A stretch of DNA of 61,567 nucleotides from a virus (lineage: Duplodnaviria; Caudoviricetes): positions 1 to 61,567 of the IMG/VR virus record IMGVR_UViG_3300030108_005279; one strand, written 5' to 3'. Position 1 is the first letter of the stretch. Every line of letters begins with the position of its first letter. Positions 20,023 to 29,400 of this stretch are shown piece after piece. Below the pieces are notes generated by a model, which did not search any database, was not told the origin of the DNA, and saw nothing but the letters and a program-made list of their open reading frames with translations. Both the position numbers and the translations under genes were made by a program.

Positions 20023-20191
20023 TTTGCTGTTGTTGTTTTAGATTTTCTTCTTCAATATACTGTTCTAAGAGAGCAACATATACATCTTTTTCCCAAGGGA
20101 TCATATTTTCAATCTCTGTCAAAGAGTATTTATGGTGTTGCATCAAGGCAAAGTTTATCTTAAAGTATGACGCAAGATCAGTATGCGCCAT
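20015..20191 (-). CDS. gp51: Baseplate hub assembly catalyst gp51-like, 58 aa
   Basis: Not in the track; manual translation MAHTDLASYFKINFALMQHHKYSLTEIENMIPWEKDVYVALLEQYIEEENLKQQQQSG; directly downstream of gp26. Confidence 0.85.
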   Translation of the reverse strand: MAHTDLASYFKINFALMQHHKYSLTEIENMIPWEKDVYVALLEQYIEEENLKQQQQSG

Positions 20192-20193
20192 AC

Positions 20194-20910
20194 CTACTCG
20201 AAAAAAGATGCTAACCCTTCTAAAACTATTTCATTCTCAACCTTTGTATTTGGATTTACAACTTTCACTTTATGAGAAAGTTTTGGCATGGTTTCAAAAA
20301 ACTTTTCAACTTCTTTGAATTGTTTTGAACTTAACTGTTCAATAAACTCTGTCAATTCTTTCTTCGTGCAATCAGATGATGTCCAAGATTCTTCTTCATT
20401 AAATACTTGATCGACACATGCAGTAATCATGTCAAATGATTCACTCACTCCGATATTCTCAACATCAAAATTATTCTTTACAAATTCACCGAGTGATGGA
20501 TATTTCATTCTCATTGTAAGAGTGTCATCAAGTTTGATATCAAGTTTATGTTCAGGGTCTTTTTGAACTTTGATTGCATCTAAGTCAATAACTACAGGAA
20601 CTTGTGTTTCACCATCATCAGGGCAAGTTACAAGAACCTCCACACTCTCACCCACTGACTTACCACGAATATTTAAAAATAGATATTCAATATCAAATGT
20701 TGACAACTTATCAACTTTCGTTCCACGAGTTAAAATACAATTTCCAATGACAGTTTTGATCGCATTTGTAATCTGTTTCTGATCTTCAGATTCCATAGCA
20801 ATAATTAAAAGTTTCTCTTCTTTGACCAAAAAAGGACGATATTTTATTTTTCGATTCGAAGAAGGTAAAACCAATTCATACGTCGGGGTTGCAATTCTTG
20901 GTAAAGGCAT
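20194..20910 (-). CDS. gp26: Baseplate hub subunit gp26
   Basis: MPLPRIATPTYEL...YRPFLVKEEK...FDIEYLFLNIRGKSVGE...FFETMPKL. Confidence 0.9.
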   Translation of the reverse strand: MPLPRIATPTYELVLPSSNRKIKYRPFLVKEEKLLIIAMESEDQKQITNAIKTVIGNCILTRGTKVDKLSTFDIEYLFLNIRGKSVGESVEVLVTCPDDGETQVPVVIDLDAIKVQKDPEHKLDIKLDDTLTMRMKYPSLGEFVKNNFDVENIGVSESFDMITACVDQVFNEEESWTSSDCTKKELTEFIEQLSSKQFKEVEKFFETMPKLSHKVKVVNPNTKVENEIVLEGLASFFE

Positions 20911-20943
20911 AATATTATTTTTAGTATATTATATAGACAGGTT

Positions 20944-21603
20944 TTAGGAATTATTTTCAGATGATCCTCTGACGATGCTTAGATTAGTTGACTCACCTGC
21001 AACGTATCTTTCATAGTTAAAGGTGACATTACATCTTAATACGTCAGAACTTCCATACTGAACGGGAGTTGATGCAAAATTAATCGGAAACATACCAATA
21101 AAAGTATACTCGATTTCTTTCTGATAGTCAATATTAAACTTAACAATCTTCGTCTTGTCACACTTGTAACCTGAGTCACCTCTTGGATATCTCATACGAT
21201 AAAAATATCCTGGTGATGCTTTTGAAAATGAAGTAATTCTTCTTTTTTCTGATCCACTTGATATGTAATCCATCCAATGTTCAAAGAACTTGATCATCTT
21301 GTAATCCTTATCAACATAAAACTCCAAAGACATTTCTGAAAAAATTCTTGTGTGTGCAAATTTTTCTTGAACACCAGTAAAGTTTCCAAATATATCACTT
21401 GTTGCCAGTGCACTGCCAGGTATTGAAGCAGAACTACATAATAATCCTGAATTATCTGTTATAAATCTTCTATCTACATTTTTGCTTCCTAAAAATGAGA
21501 ATAAACTTGGTGACAAACCATCAAAAAACACTTGATAATGCGACGTTTGTGCCACATTCGTCAGTATTGGTTTAAATTCAGATATTTTTTTAGGTGAAAC
21601 CAT
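20944..21603 (-). CDS. Tail tube-fold protein (gp54/gp19-like)
   Basis: LLCSSASIPG...FYVD...FFEHWMDYI...FPIN...NVTFNY pattern; divergent from gp4. Confidence 0.55.
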   Translation of the reverse strand: MVSPKKISEFKPILTNVAQTSHYQVFFDGLSPSLFSFLGSKNVDRRFITDNSGLLCSSASIPGSALATSDIFGNFTGVQEKFAHTRIFSEMSLEFYVDKDYKMIKFFEHWMDYISSGSEKRRITSFSKASPGYFYRMRYPRGDSGYKCDKTKIVKFNIDYQKEIEYTFIGMFPINFASTPVQYGSSDVLRCNVTFNYERYVAGESTNLSIVRGSSENNS

Positions 21604-21643
21604 CTAAATACTCTATATCTCTATATTATAAACTATTTAGATG
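21601..21643. promoter_or_regulatory. Face-to-face late promoters in a 10-bp inverted repeat
   Basis: CATCTAAATA (21601-21610) and TATTTAGATG (21634-21643); each arm holds CTAAATA plus the start codon of the opposite-strand gene. Confidence 0.65.
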
Positions 21644-22078
21644 TCTTATAAAGGTAAATATAAACCATCGAATACAAGAAAGTACAAAGGTGATCCAACA
21701 CAAATTATTTACAGATCACTTTGGGAAAGAAGATTCATGGTTTACTGTGACACGAATGAAAATATATTAGAGTGGGGAAGTGAAGAGATATGTTTACCCT
21801 ATCGTTCACCGATTGACAATCGAGTGCATCGATACTTTCCAGATTTTTATATTAAAGTGAAAGAATCAAATACAATTAAAAAGTATTTGATTGAAGTCAA
21901 ACCCAAAAAACAAACAACTCCTCCAAAGAAACCAAGAAGACAAACAAAAGGTTATATTCGTGAAGCATATGAGTATGCAAAGAATCAAGCGAAGTGGAAA
22001 GCAGCAAAAGAATTTTGTGCTGACCGCATGTGGGAGTTTAAAGTTATCACGGAAATCGAATTAGGAATCAAGAAATGA
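21641..22078 (+). CDS. gp4: Head completion nuclease gp4
   Basis: YKGKYKP.N..KYKGDP...YRSLWER...WGSEE...HRYFPDF...IEVKP...NQAKWKAA. Confidence 0.92.
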   Translation: MSYKGKYKPSNTRKYKGDPTQIIYRSLWERRFMVYCDTNENILEWGSEEICLPYRSPIDNRVHRYFPDFYIKVKESNTIKKYLIEVKPKKQTTPPKKPRRQTKGYIREAYEYAKNQAKWKAAKEFCADRMWEFKVITEIELGIKK

Positions 22079-22446
22079 ATCGTCCAACCGATGACAATGA
22101 TAATCGAATCAGATCAGTTGTTGATAGTGTAATCGGCACTGAAGATCCTGATGATTTAATGGTTGATTTAATGAATGCACTCACCGAAGGAAGTAAAGTG
22201 CCAAAGGTTGGTGGATATTATACATTTGTATATACTCCTAAGACTCCGAATATACCTTATGATTCAAATCCACTGGTTGCAGTGACTGATGTCTTTGAAT
22301 GGGGATTTCGTGGTATCAACTTTCACTGGGGAACGATGAGAAAATATACATGGAATGAGATTCCTGGTGGACTTTATGAAATTAATTCTGATGAACTCGC
22401 TGATGCCAGAGAGATTCCTTTTGGTCATATCCGTCTAAATAGTTAA
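22075..22446 (+). CDS. DNA end protector gp2-like protein
   Basis: YYTFVYTPK...YDSNPLV...GFRGINFHW; follows gp4. Confidence 0.6.
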   Translation: MNRPTDDNDNRIRSVVDSVIGTEDPDDLMVDLMNALTEGSKVPKVGGYYTFVYTPKTPNIPYDSNPLVAVTDVFEWGFRGINFHWGTMRKYTWNEIPGGLYEINSDELADAREIPFGHIRLNS

Positions 22447-22455
22447 AAAACAATA

Positions 22456-23370
22456 ATGTCAAAGAAATTTTCGCCGCTAAGATATCCAAATGCTCGTATT
22501 GATACTGATAGTGACTACTTAGAAATCAGAGTGGTTGAGTATGAACCACCTGGTTTTGAAGTAGGTGCGCAGGAGGGTCAGGGATTAAGTTTGGGAACAT
22601 CAACTGATGCGTTACAAGAGAATATCGAAAATCCATTAGGTTTTATTTTTCTACCAATTCCTGAGAATATACAAGATTCAAACGCTGTCAACTGGGGTGA
22701 TGATAGTATTAATGGACTTGCAGCTGCTGGTGTCGGTGCAATAAAAGGTGCTATTACATCTGAAAATTTTATTAAGGGAGCAACTGAAGCGGCTCAAAAA
22801 TTTGGCAGTGGTCTTGGTGATGTAGCAACTGATAAAAGCACAAGAGATTTAGCATCTTCATACTTTGCATCAAAGGCATTAAATATATTTGGTGGCAATA
22901 CATCATTAGATGGAGTTTTAGCAAGATCCTCAGGTCAAATCATTAATCCAAATATGGAGTTACTCTTCAATGGTGTGACTTTAAGATCTTTTAGTTTTTC
23001 ATTTGATCTTGCACCAAGAGATGAAAGAGAAAGTGATACAATCAAAAGAATGTTGAGAATCTTCAAACAAAACATGCAAGCGAAAAGATCATCAGACGGA
23101 ACTTCAAATTCATCTGGTTTATTTCTTCGTTCACCAAATGTATTTCAACTTAATTATAAAACAGGTCGTAGAAATCATAATTTCTTACATAAGTTTAAAC
23201 CAATGGCACTTTTGAATATGGCAGTCAACTACACTGGTGGTGGAACATACGCAACTTATGATGATACAACACCAGTTCACATGAAACTTGACTTATCATT
23301 CCAAGAATTAAATCCTGTTTACTCTGAAGATTATGAGTCAGAAGAAGGTAAAGAAGGAGTTGGATTCTAA
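22456..23370 (+). CDS. gp48: Baseplate tail tube cap gp48
   Basis: LRYP...IFLPIP.NIQD...NPNMELLFNGVTLRSFSF...LSFQEL; CTAAATA at 22435-22441. Confidence 0.85.
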   Translation: MSKKFSPLRYPNARIDTDSDYLEIRVVEYEPPGFEVGAQEGQGLSLGTSTDALQENIENPLGFIFLPIPENIQDSNAVNWGDDSINGLAAAGVGAIKGAITSENFIKGATEAAQKFGSGLGDVATDKSTRDLASSYFASKALNIFGGNTSLDGVLARSSGQIINPNMELLFNGVTLRSFSFSFDLAPRDERESDTIKRMLRIFKQNMQAKRSSDGTSNSSGLFLRSPNVFQLNYKTGRRNHNFLHKFKPMALLNMAVNYTGGGTYATYDDTTPVHMKLDLSFQELNPVYSEDYESEEGKEGVGF

Positions 23371-24020
23371 TGAGTTATTTTAGAGAGTTACCAAATTTTC
23401 AATATCAATCACCGTTCATTGATAGTTTATCATCATCTGAATATGTAACTGTCAAGAATATATTTCGTCGTGTCAAATTGCGTGATGATTTACAAAATGT
23501 CTTTACAGTTTTTGATAAATTTGTAATTAAGGAAGGTGCAAGACCCGACACAGTTGCAGAGGAAGTGTATGGTAAATCTGATTTAGATTGGGTAGTGCTC
23601 ATATCTGCAGGTATTGTTAATGTAAGAAATGAGTGGCCACTATCCAGTAGAGATCTCTATAATTATGTTGTAGAAAAATATGGTCTTGATGAAAAGGATT
23701 TTGTACATCATTACGAAACAAAAGAAGTTAAGGATTCTCAAGGTCGTTTGATCATGTCAAAAGGAAATCGTGTTGATGCTGATTTTTCATTGACTTATTA
23801 TGACAATGGATCTTATGTGACTAAATCTGAGGTTTCTGGAATCACTAACTATGAGCATGAAGTTCAAGAAAATATAAAAAAGTCAACGATATTCATATTA
23901 AGAAGATTTTATCTACAACAAGTATTAAATGACATTAAAAAAGAGATGAACTACAAGAGATCATCTCAGTTTGTAAATAATAAATTAATCAAAACTCCGA
24001 ATACCAGAGTTACAAATTAA
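23370..24020 (+). CDS. gp53: Baseplate wedge protein gp53
   Basis: MSYFRELP...KNIFRR...RPDTVAEEVYG...DWVVL...EWP...HHYET. Confidence 0.9.
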   Translation: MSYFRELPNFQYQSPFIDSLSSSEYVTVKNIFRRVKLRDDLQNVFTVFDKFVIKEGARPDTVAEEVYGKSDLDWVVLISAGIVNVRNEWPLSSRDLYNYVVEKYGLDEKDFVHHYETKEVKDSQGRLIMSKGNRVDADFSLTYYDNGSYVTKSEVSGITNYEHEVQENIKKSTIFILRRFYLQQVLNDIKKEMNYKRSSQFVNNKLIKTPNTRVTN

Positions 24021-24923
24021 TTATTCCTCTGCTAATTTAGCAAAGTATGATAGAGCATCATCTTCATCCTCATCAGTTGTAACTGATCTTGATGTTGAGT
24101 CAGCAGCAGCAGTAACTTCTTGTTCTGCTCTTTCTCTTTCGATAATTTCAACTTCGTCTTCAACTTCTGCGTCTTGACGAGGTGCTGTATTACCAAGAAC
24201 ATAGTCGAGTCTTCTCTTAAGATCTTCGTATGTCTTGAATTGATCTGTAGCAACTATTTCAGCAAGAGATATCTCTTTCTTCCATATTGCTTCTAAAGCA
24301 TCGTCATCATCAAGTAATGGACTTACAGCAGCGAACTCAGAACTATCGTAGTTTCTGTATCCTGCTACATTTTTTGCTTTCAATTTGAAGTTGGCACCTT
24401 GCCAGAAATCAAATGGATCAATCGCTTCTTCATCTTCAAACTCTGGTTGCATTGCGGCAGTAAGTTTATCAAATATTTTTTTACCATACTTGAATAGAAA
24501 TACTTTACCTTCATTCTCTGGATTCGCTGGATCTTTTACAACATAGATGTTGCTGGTGTAGGTTAACTTTCTCTTTTGTTTACGAGCAGTTTCCTTTCCA
24601 TGATCAGTTCCGTTATTCCAGAGTTGTGTGTTATACTCTGAGACAGGATCTTTTTGACCTAATGTAGTCAAAGAGTTTTCAATGTACCATCCACCTGGTC
24701 CTTGAAATGCATGAGAATATAATTTAACAAATGGTAGGTCTTCACCATCAGGTGCAGGTAAAAAACGAATAACAGCATAACCGTTACCACTTTTATCTAC
24801 ATCTAACTTCCAAAGGCGATCATCACCTGATGCGCCATTGTTATTCATTTTCTCAACTTCTTTAACTAACTTTGCAGTCAAAGAACCTAACTTAGATTGT
24901 TTTTTTAATTTTGCAAACGACAT
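24021..24923 (-). CDS. gp32: Single-stranded DNA-binding protein gp32
   Basis: DDRLWK...GNGYAVIRFLP...HAFQGPGGWYIENSLTT...GKKIFDK...GANFKLK; acidic tail. Confidence 0.96.
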   Translation of the reverse strand: MSFAKLKKQSKLGSLTAKLVKEVEKMNNNGASGDDRLWKLDVDKSGNGYAVIRFLPAPDGEDLPFVKLYSHAFQGPGGWYIENSLTTLGQKDPVSEYNTQLWNNGTDHGKETARKQKRKLTYTSNIYVVKDPANPENEGKVFLFKYGKKIFDKLTAAMQPEFEDEEAIDPFDFWQGANFKLKAKNVAGYRNYDSSEFAAVSPLLDDDDALEAIWKKEISLAEIVATDQFKTYEDLKRRLDYVLGNTAPRQDAEVEDEVEIIERERAEQEVTAAADSTSRSVTTDEDEDDALSYFAKLAEE

Positions 24924-24964
24924 TTGGATACCTCGGATTAAATTGGATTACGTTGGATAATTGG

Positions 24965-24993
24965 ATTATAACAAAGAAAGAATTAAAAGTCAA
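24965..24993 (-). promoter_or_regulatory. Sigma70-type promoter for gp32
   Basis: TTGACT-N17-TATAAT. Confidence 0.8.
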
Positions 24994-25129
24994 GTGACTT
25001 CTGTTTTTCACATTTAAAATAGATTTTGATTTGATGAAATTTAGTTGGTTGATAATTAGATTCAAGAGGTTTTGAATACTCTTTTAGTGGATTTCGATGG
25101 ATTGAAATTAGATCGTGTTTATGATACAT
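24983..25129 (-). CDS. Small hypothetical protein, 48 aa
   Basis: Manual translation MYHKHDLISIHRNPLKEYSKPLESNYQPTKFHQIKIYFKCEKQKSLDF; CATAAATA late-promoter-like element at 25151-25158. Confidence 0.5.
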   Translation of the reverse strand: MYHKHDLISIHRNPLKEYSKPLESNYQPTKFHQIKIYFKCEKQKSLDF

Positions 25130-25166
25130 AAATGATTAGTTGTAACTAACTATTTATGCGAGTTTT

Positions 25167-25499
25167 TCACATCTTGTTAAGATTTTTTAACTGTTCTATT
25201 GTCTTCTCCATTCCTTCAAATAACTTTTCAACACTTGTGCCTGACGGGAATCCCATCAGTGAAACAGACTGTCTCATTGTCTCTTTCATTTCGATTGCCT
25301 GAGGATCATCTGAAAGACTTAATCTTCCATACATGATTTTTTGTTTTTCTAATAATAAAGATAATTTGTCAATGTGTTCCTGTTGTCCCTCAGGTGACAA
25401 ATTTGGAAAAGAAATTAGACTTCCATAAACTTCTCGTTGAAGTTCATTGATTTCTTCAAGTTCTTCTCTTACAAGGGGTGAATCAAAAAAATTACTCAT
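25167..25499 (-). CDS. DUF1825-like conserved cyanophage protein
   Basis: FFDSPLVREEL...LLEKQKIMYGRLSLSDDP motif; position between gp59 and gp32. Confidence 0.75.
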   Translation of the reverse strand: MSNFFDSPLVREELEEINELQREVYGSLISFPNLSPEGQQEHIDKLSLLLEKQKIMYGRLSLSDDPQAIEMKETMRQSVSLMGFPSGTSVEKLFEGMEKTIEQLKNLNKM

Positions 25500-26088
25500 C
25501 GATAAGTCCTTTTAAAATTTGTTTATACTGGAACACATTAATATTTAGGAAAGGTAGATACTTCTTTATTTTCAAACTGACGGTTTCCCATACCGGATCA
25601 ACTAACTTTTTATCAAAGTTTTTACGAAAGGAAAATATCTTTTCGTAAATTGTTAATGTCTCTAAGTTTAGATCTCCACCAAGATATTTTTTGAGTATTG
25701 GTGGGTGTCCTTTCGAGCAATTGAATATTTGATCGAATTCGTTTTCGCAAAGCAATTCCTTTGATTGTTCTTTGAACAAGTAAGTCAAACTCTGTTGTCT
25801 TTTCATCCAGTCTGAATAATTTCTTTCTCCAGAATTTATGATTTCTCCAATCCATAAATTTTGTGGTGCGTCTGTGTGTACAAAGTTAGATAATAAGAAA
25901 TCTGTAATCTCTTGATCTGAATATTTTCTTGATGTCTTTTCAAACCAATACTTATCTTTTCTTTTATTAAAAGAAGATACTGTTGCTCTTGACTTACCGC
26001 CATACTTAAAAAAGTCATACTTACGATTTGTAAAATGACTCTTCATTGAAAGATATGTCTGGTAGGTTTCATATGGTGTCACTTTCAT
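25492..26088 (-). CDS. gp59: Helicase loader gp59
   Basis: YQTYLSMKSHFT...YDFFKYGGK...FNKRKDKYWFEK; ATG at 26088 preferred. Confidence 0.88.
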   Translation of the reverse strand: MKVTPYETYQTYLSMKSHFTNRKYDFFKYGGKSRATVSSFNKRKDKYWFEKTSRKYSDQEITDFLLSNFVHTDAPQNLWIGEIINSGERNYSDWMKRQQSLTYLFKEQSKELLCENEFDQIFNCSKGHPPILKKYLGGDLNLETLTIYEKIFSFRKNFDKKLVDPVWETVSLKIKKYLPFLNINVFQYKQILKGLIDE

Positions 26089-26269
26089 CAACGTCCTCAC
26101 TTTCTAATTCTGTAATTGAATCGACAGGCACTTCTGCCTCTCCGATACGATACCAATGTTGACTAATTCCAATACTATCAGGTTTAGTTCCTAAGTATTC
26201 CAAATCACTAAATCTATGCTCACGTAGCATTGCTTGTAGTCGCCAATGAATCAATTCTGATTTTTTCAT
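26069..26269 (-). CDS. Hypothetical protein, 66 aa
   Basis: ATG ORF coupled to the gp33 stop (TAATG). Confidence 0.65.
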   Translation of the reverse strand: MKKSELIHWRLQAMLREHRFSDLEYLGTKPDSIGISQHWYRIGEAEVPVDSITELESEDVDESDTI

Positions 26270-26529
26270 TATAATGGTAATTTAGATCTTGATGTCTTTT
26301 TCATAAAGTTTAAATTTATTGCATCATACTTCAATCTTTCCTTTAATGGTTTTGACATCAACTTTGATACTGATTCTACCTCAATATCATTCATTTCGCA
26401 ATAGTGGCATATTGCATCAATATAATTAAGATCTTCCTCTGCCACAATTTTCTCAATCTCAATCGCAAACTTGGATGGAGTTAAAAATTTCTTCTCAATA
26501 ACTTTTTCTAATTCTTTATTCGGTTCCAT
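26269..26529 (-). CDS. gp33: Late transcription coactivator gp33
   Basis: KFAIEIEKIV...NYIDAICHYCE..IEVESVSKL.SKPLKERL; start moved to ATG 26529. Confidence 0.88.
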   Translation of the reverse strand: MEPNKELEKVIEKKFLTPSKFAIEIEKIVAEEDLNYIDAICHYCEMNDIEVESVSKLMSKPLKERLKYDAINLNFMKKTSRSKLPL

Positions 26530-27196
26530 AGATTTGCAATTTGTCTCTAACAAACTTCTTAATATATTGGTTGAGAAGTTTGATGTATTTTTGTTTGTTG
26601 TATTCTTCATAAACGACGCATTCTCCATTTTCACAAGCCATTATAATGACTAATTTTTTAACTGATATTCCAGTAATTTCATACAACATACAACCATATG
26701 CCATACATTGAACAAAATAGTGTTCGATCCACTCTCGTGGTTTTGGTTTTTTAGATGTTTTAAAATCTATTATTGCCAGTTCGTTGTTATACTCTGCAAT
26801 ACAGTCTACGGTTCCAGCAATACCAAGGTATTTGCTGTATAATGAACCCTCTAATGCGTGTATATTATTTATATTCCGTAACTCACGCTTCGAAATATTA
26901 AACAAGAACTCAGAGATTGGTGGTGCACTTGGAAGATCATCATTTTTTAAATAATGTTCTGTAAGTGTGTGCATATCTGTGCCACGTTTTGTAGCAGCTT
27001 TTGTAATTTGATCTGCCTTTTCATTACCTACCTTTTTTCTCCAGTTAATGAATATCTCACGATTGAAATGACTCGTGATTGAGGTAATTGAAACTAACTT
27101 GATGAGTTCATCTTCATCAGGCACAGAATAGTAACGAACACCATCTATAGTTTCTCTCTCCAACTTAGGGAGATCAATATCAATATGATCAAACAT
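26516..27196 (-). CDS. PD-(D/E)xK exonuclease (Cas4-like family of T4-like cyanophages)
   Basis: RGTDMH...AGTVDCIAEY...IIDFKTS...YFVQCMAY. Confidence 0.85.
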   Translation of the reverse strand: MFDHIDIDLPKLERETIDGVRYYSVPDEDELIKLVSITSITSHFNREIFINWRKKVGNEKADQITKAATKRGTDMHTLTEHYLKNDDLPSAPPISEFLFNISKRELRNINNIHALEGSLYSKYLGIAGTVDCIAEYNNELAIIDFKTSKKPKPREWIEHYFVQCMAYGCMLYEITGISVKKLVIIMACENGECVVYEEYNKQKYIKLLNQYIKKFVRDKLQIYGTE

Positions 27197-27948
27197 TACA
27201 TTCCTAATTCAATTTTTGCTGTAAGATATTCTTTAACAAGACCAGAACGGACAATATCATCTATTCCAAACTCTATTATATCAAATGAACTCATTTTACG
27301 CAAGATGTTGAGAAAATCAACGATGCCATTGCGATCATTTGTTTTTGTCAAGTCAGATTGACGAGCATCACCACAAAATAGGATTCGACTATTCTCTCCG
27401 ACTCTTGTAATTATACTATCTAATTCATGAAAATTCAAGTTCTGAAATTCATCAACGATAACAATTGCATTATCCAATGTAGTTCCTCTTAAAAAGGATG
27501 TGCTCCAAAAACGAATTGTCTCCTGTGCTTTTAAGTTACCATATAACATTTCAAAGTCTGCATCAGATGGCATTTGAAACATATACTTCACCATATTCTT
27601 ATATGGTATCTGATAGATATCTGCCTTATCTTCGTGGTCACCTGGTAGAAATCCAATCTCTCTGGTTGCAACCAAAGATCGAACAAGATATATCCTGTCG
27701 AATGGTGTTTTATCACTCAGTACATCTTGAATAGCATTATATAAACTGATGAATGTTTTACCTGTACCTGCACATCCAAATGCAACAATGTGTTGTCCTT
27801 TATCGTATGCATCGAACAAGAGTTTTTGATTATCGGTCAAAGGTTCAATTTTAACAAGGTAATCAGAATTAACAGGTTTCTTCCTTTTCATCTGTTTCGA
27901 CGTGTATCCAATCCCTATTGGTTCAGATCCTTTTTTTCTTCTTGCCAT
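27196..27948 (-). CDS. phoH: PhoH family ATPase
   Basis: GCAGTGKT, IGFLPG, FLRGTT, VDEFQN, GDARQSDL, IVRSGLV. Confidence 0.95.
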   Translation of the reverse strand: MARRKKGSEPIGIGYTSKQMKRKKPVNSDYLVKIEPLTDNQKLLFDAYDKGQHIVAFGCAGTGKTFISLYNAIQDVLSDKTPFDRIYLVRSLVATREIGFLPGDHEDKADIYQIPYKNMVKYMFQMPSDADFEMLYGNLKAQETIRFWSTSFLRGTTLDNAIVIVDEFQNLNFHELDSIITRVGENSRILFCGDARQSDLTKTNDRNGIVDFLNILRKMSSFDIIEFGIDDIVRSGLVKEYLTAKIELGM

Positions 27949-28196
27949 TACTGTTTTCTGACGTTTGCACCAGGTGTTTTTCCAACCTTGTTTAATACTT
28001 CATTCCAACCAGGATGTTTCATACGAAGTTTATCTTTCCATTCTCCGACTTCACCGACACCTGGCATTGTTGAAGGATCTGAATAATCACGAGTCCAATC
28101 AGGATTATCTTCTCTCCACTGATCCCACTCAGTAACACTCATGATTACTTCTTTTTGTTCACCAGTTTTTGAATTGACTACAGGATAAGTTGCCAT
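27948..28196 (-). CDS. Conserved cyanophage hypothetical protein
   Basis: MATYPV.N..TGEQKE...GWNEVL.KV; sits between thyX and phoH. Confidence 0.75.
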   Translation of the reverse strand: MATYPVVNSKTGEQKEVIMSVTEWDQWREDNPDWTRDYSDPSTMPGVGEVGEWKDKLRMKHPGWNEVLNKVGKTPGANVRKQ

Positions 28197-28217
28197 TTAA
28201 TTATAAAGTTATGTGTA

Positions 28218-28856
28218 CTATTTAGACCACTCTAAGGACTTTGATACAGTTGGAAACTGTTCAGTAAAGATAGACTTGCAAGCATTTGCAATATCCATAT
28301 GTTCCTTTTGTGTTCCATGTCCAGAGCGAAGATCGATATAATGTATCCAAGAACGAACACTCCCAGACATATAAAGACGAGTTGGTGTTGCAAGTGGAAG
28401 AACAAATCTTGCACATTCTTTTGCAATACCTTCTCTCAATAATTCATTATATAAATCCATTCCTTCGTTAAAATATTGTTTAATTCTTTCTTGTAAAAAC
28501 TTAGTTTGTTTTTCTGGAACATCATCAATACTATTTTGACGGTTCTTTGTATCTTGTCTTCTTAAATCTGGTATTGGTATATTTGCATCTAATAAATTTG
28601 TATCTGCATATCTTTGACTAAACTCTTGAAATGTGAAAGAACGATGTCTCAATATCTGTGCAGCAAGTCCTCTTGTTGTATTGATTTCAAGAGTCATAAA
28701 TGCTTGTTCAAAAATTGACCAGTGTTGATGTTTAATACAATATCTCAACAGACCTGCATAATTTTCATTATCCTGATTATTCGGATTGCTCACACGAGCA
28801 CAGTATGCCATGTGCTTTTCGGCATCAGGAGAGACACTTATTAATGATACGTTCAT
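28218..28856 (-). CDS. thyX: FAD-dependent thymidylate synthase ThyX
   Basis: HWSIFEQ, RHRSFTFQEFSQRY ThyX motif, ECARFVLP. Confidence 0.96.
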   Translation of the reverse strand: MNVSLISVSPDAEKHMAYCARVSNPNNQDNENYAGLLRYCIKHQHWSIFEQAFMTLEINTTRGLAAQILRHRSFTFQEFSQRYADTNLLDANIPIPDLRRQDTKNRQNSIDDVPEKQTKFLQERIKQYFNEGMDLYNELLREGIAKECARFVLPLATPTRLYMSGSVRSWIHYIDLRSGHGTQKEHMDIANACKSIFTEQFPTVSKSLEWSK

Positions 28857-29008
28857 TTAAATCCTTTTGATGTTTTTTCTTCAATCATTGCTAACTCATT
28901 CTTAGCAACTTTCAATTGTTCTCTGAGTAATTTGAGTTGATCCTCATCATAGAGATAATCTTTTTTCAATAATCTCTCCAATAACTTAATTAATCTTTTA
29001 AGTCTCAT
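28853..29008 (-). CDS. Small hypothetical protein, 51 aa
   Basis: Manual translation MRLKRLIKLLERLLKKDYLYDEDQLKLLREQL...SKGFK; ATGA overlaps on both sides. Confidence 0.7.
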   Translation of the reverse strand: MRLKRLIKLLERLLKKDYLYDEDQLKLLREQLKVAKNELAMIEEKTSKGFK

Positions 29009-29157
29009 GGTCCTTCGTATTCCTTATCATAATCAAGTTCAATTGGATCAATATCATCATAAGAATATGATGTAACATCTGAATAAACTTCTGTCTTCAA
29101 TTGATCGACTAACATTTCAAGATTACGAATAATCAGTTTTAATTTATCTTTATCCAT
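29005..29157 (-). CDS. Small acidic hypothetical protein, 50 aa
   Basis: Manual translation MDKDKLKLIIRNLEMLVDQLKTEVYSD...; first gene after the promoter at 29178-29206. Confidence 0.7.
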   Translation of the reverse strand: MDKDKLKLIIRNLEMLVDQLKTEVYSDVTSYSYDDIDPIELDYDKEYEGP

Positions 29158-29177
29158 GAAATAAATGATTATTCCTT

Positions 29178-29206
29178 ATTATATACAAAAAAAGAGGAAA
29201 GGTCAA
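29178..29206 (-). promoter_or_regulatory. Sigma70-type promoter for the thyX-phoH-exo-gp33-gp59 run
   Basis: TTGACC-N17-TATAAT; the -35 falls in the terminator hairpin. Confidence 0.75.
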
Positions 29207-29218
29207 CCCTTTCCTCTT
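29187..29218 (-). terminator. Rho-independent terminator
   Basis: Hairpin AAGAGGAAAGG-N5-CCTTTCCTCTT followed by a T-run on the minus strand. Confidence 0.8.
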
Positions 29219-29379
29219 GGATTTTTAAGTTTCCAATCTGAATGATGGAAAATGTCAAGATACACCCATTTAGCATAATGAATCCCACGATAACACATAA
29301 AAGCGAAAACTTTTTCTGGATTGTGGATTTCTGGATCGAAATCTGGGACTTCGGGTGTCCTCCACCCAATATGTAACAT
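29203..29379 (-). CDS. Small hypothetical protein, 58 aa, with YRGIHY (DUF4278-like) motif
   Basis: Manual translation MLHIGWRTPEVPDFDPEIHNPEKVFAFMCYRGIHYAKWVYLDIFHHSDWKLKNPRGKG; GGAGGT RBS; TATAAATA at 29402-29409. Confidence 0.7.
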   Translation of the reverse strand: MLHIGWRTPEVPDFDPEIHNPEKVFAFMCYRGIHYAKWVYLDIFHHSDWKLKNPRGKG

Positions 29380-29400
29380 TGACTTTACCTCCTGTTACAA

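Noticed and set aside
26516-27196. Cas4-like nuclease as evidence of a CRISPR system
   Set aside because: Stand-alone core exonuclease in its usual position next to phoH and gp33; no array or other cas genes
29169-29369. 66-aa track ORF
   Set aside because: Crosses the terminator and promoter; the alternative frame 29203-29379 has an ATG, a GGAGGT RBS and a YRG motif
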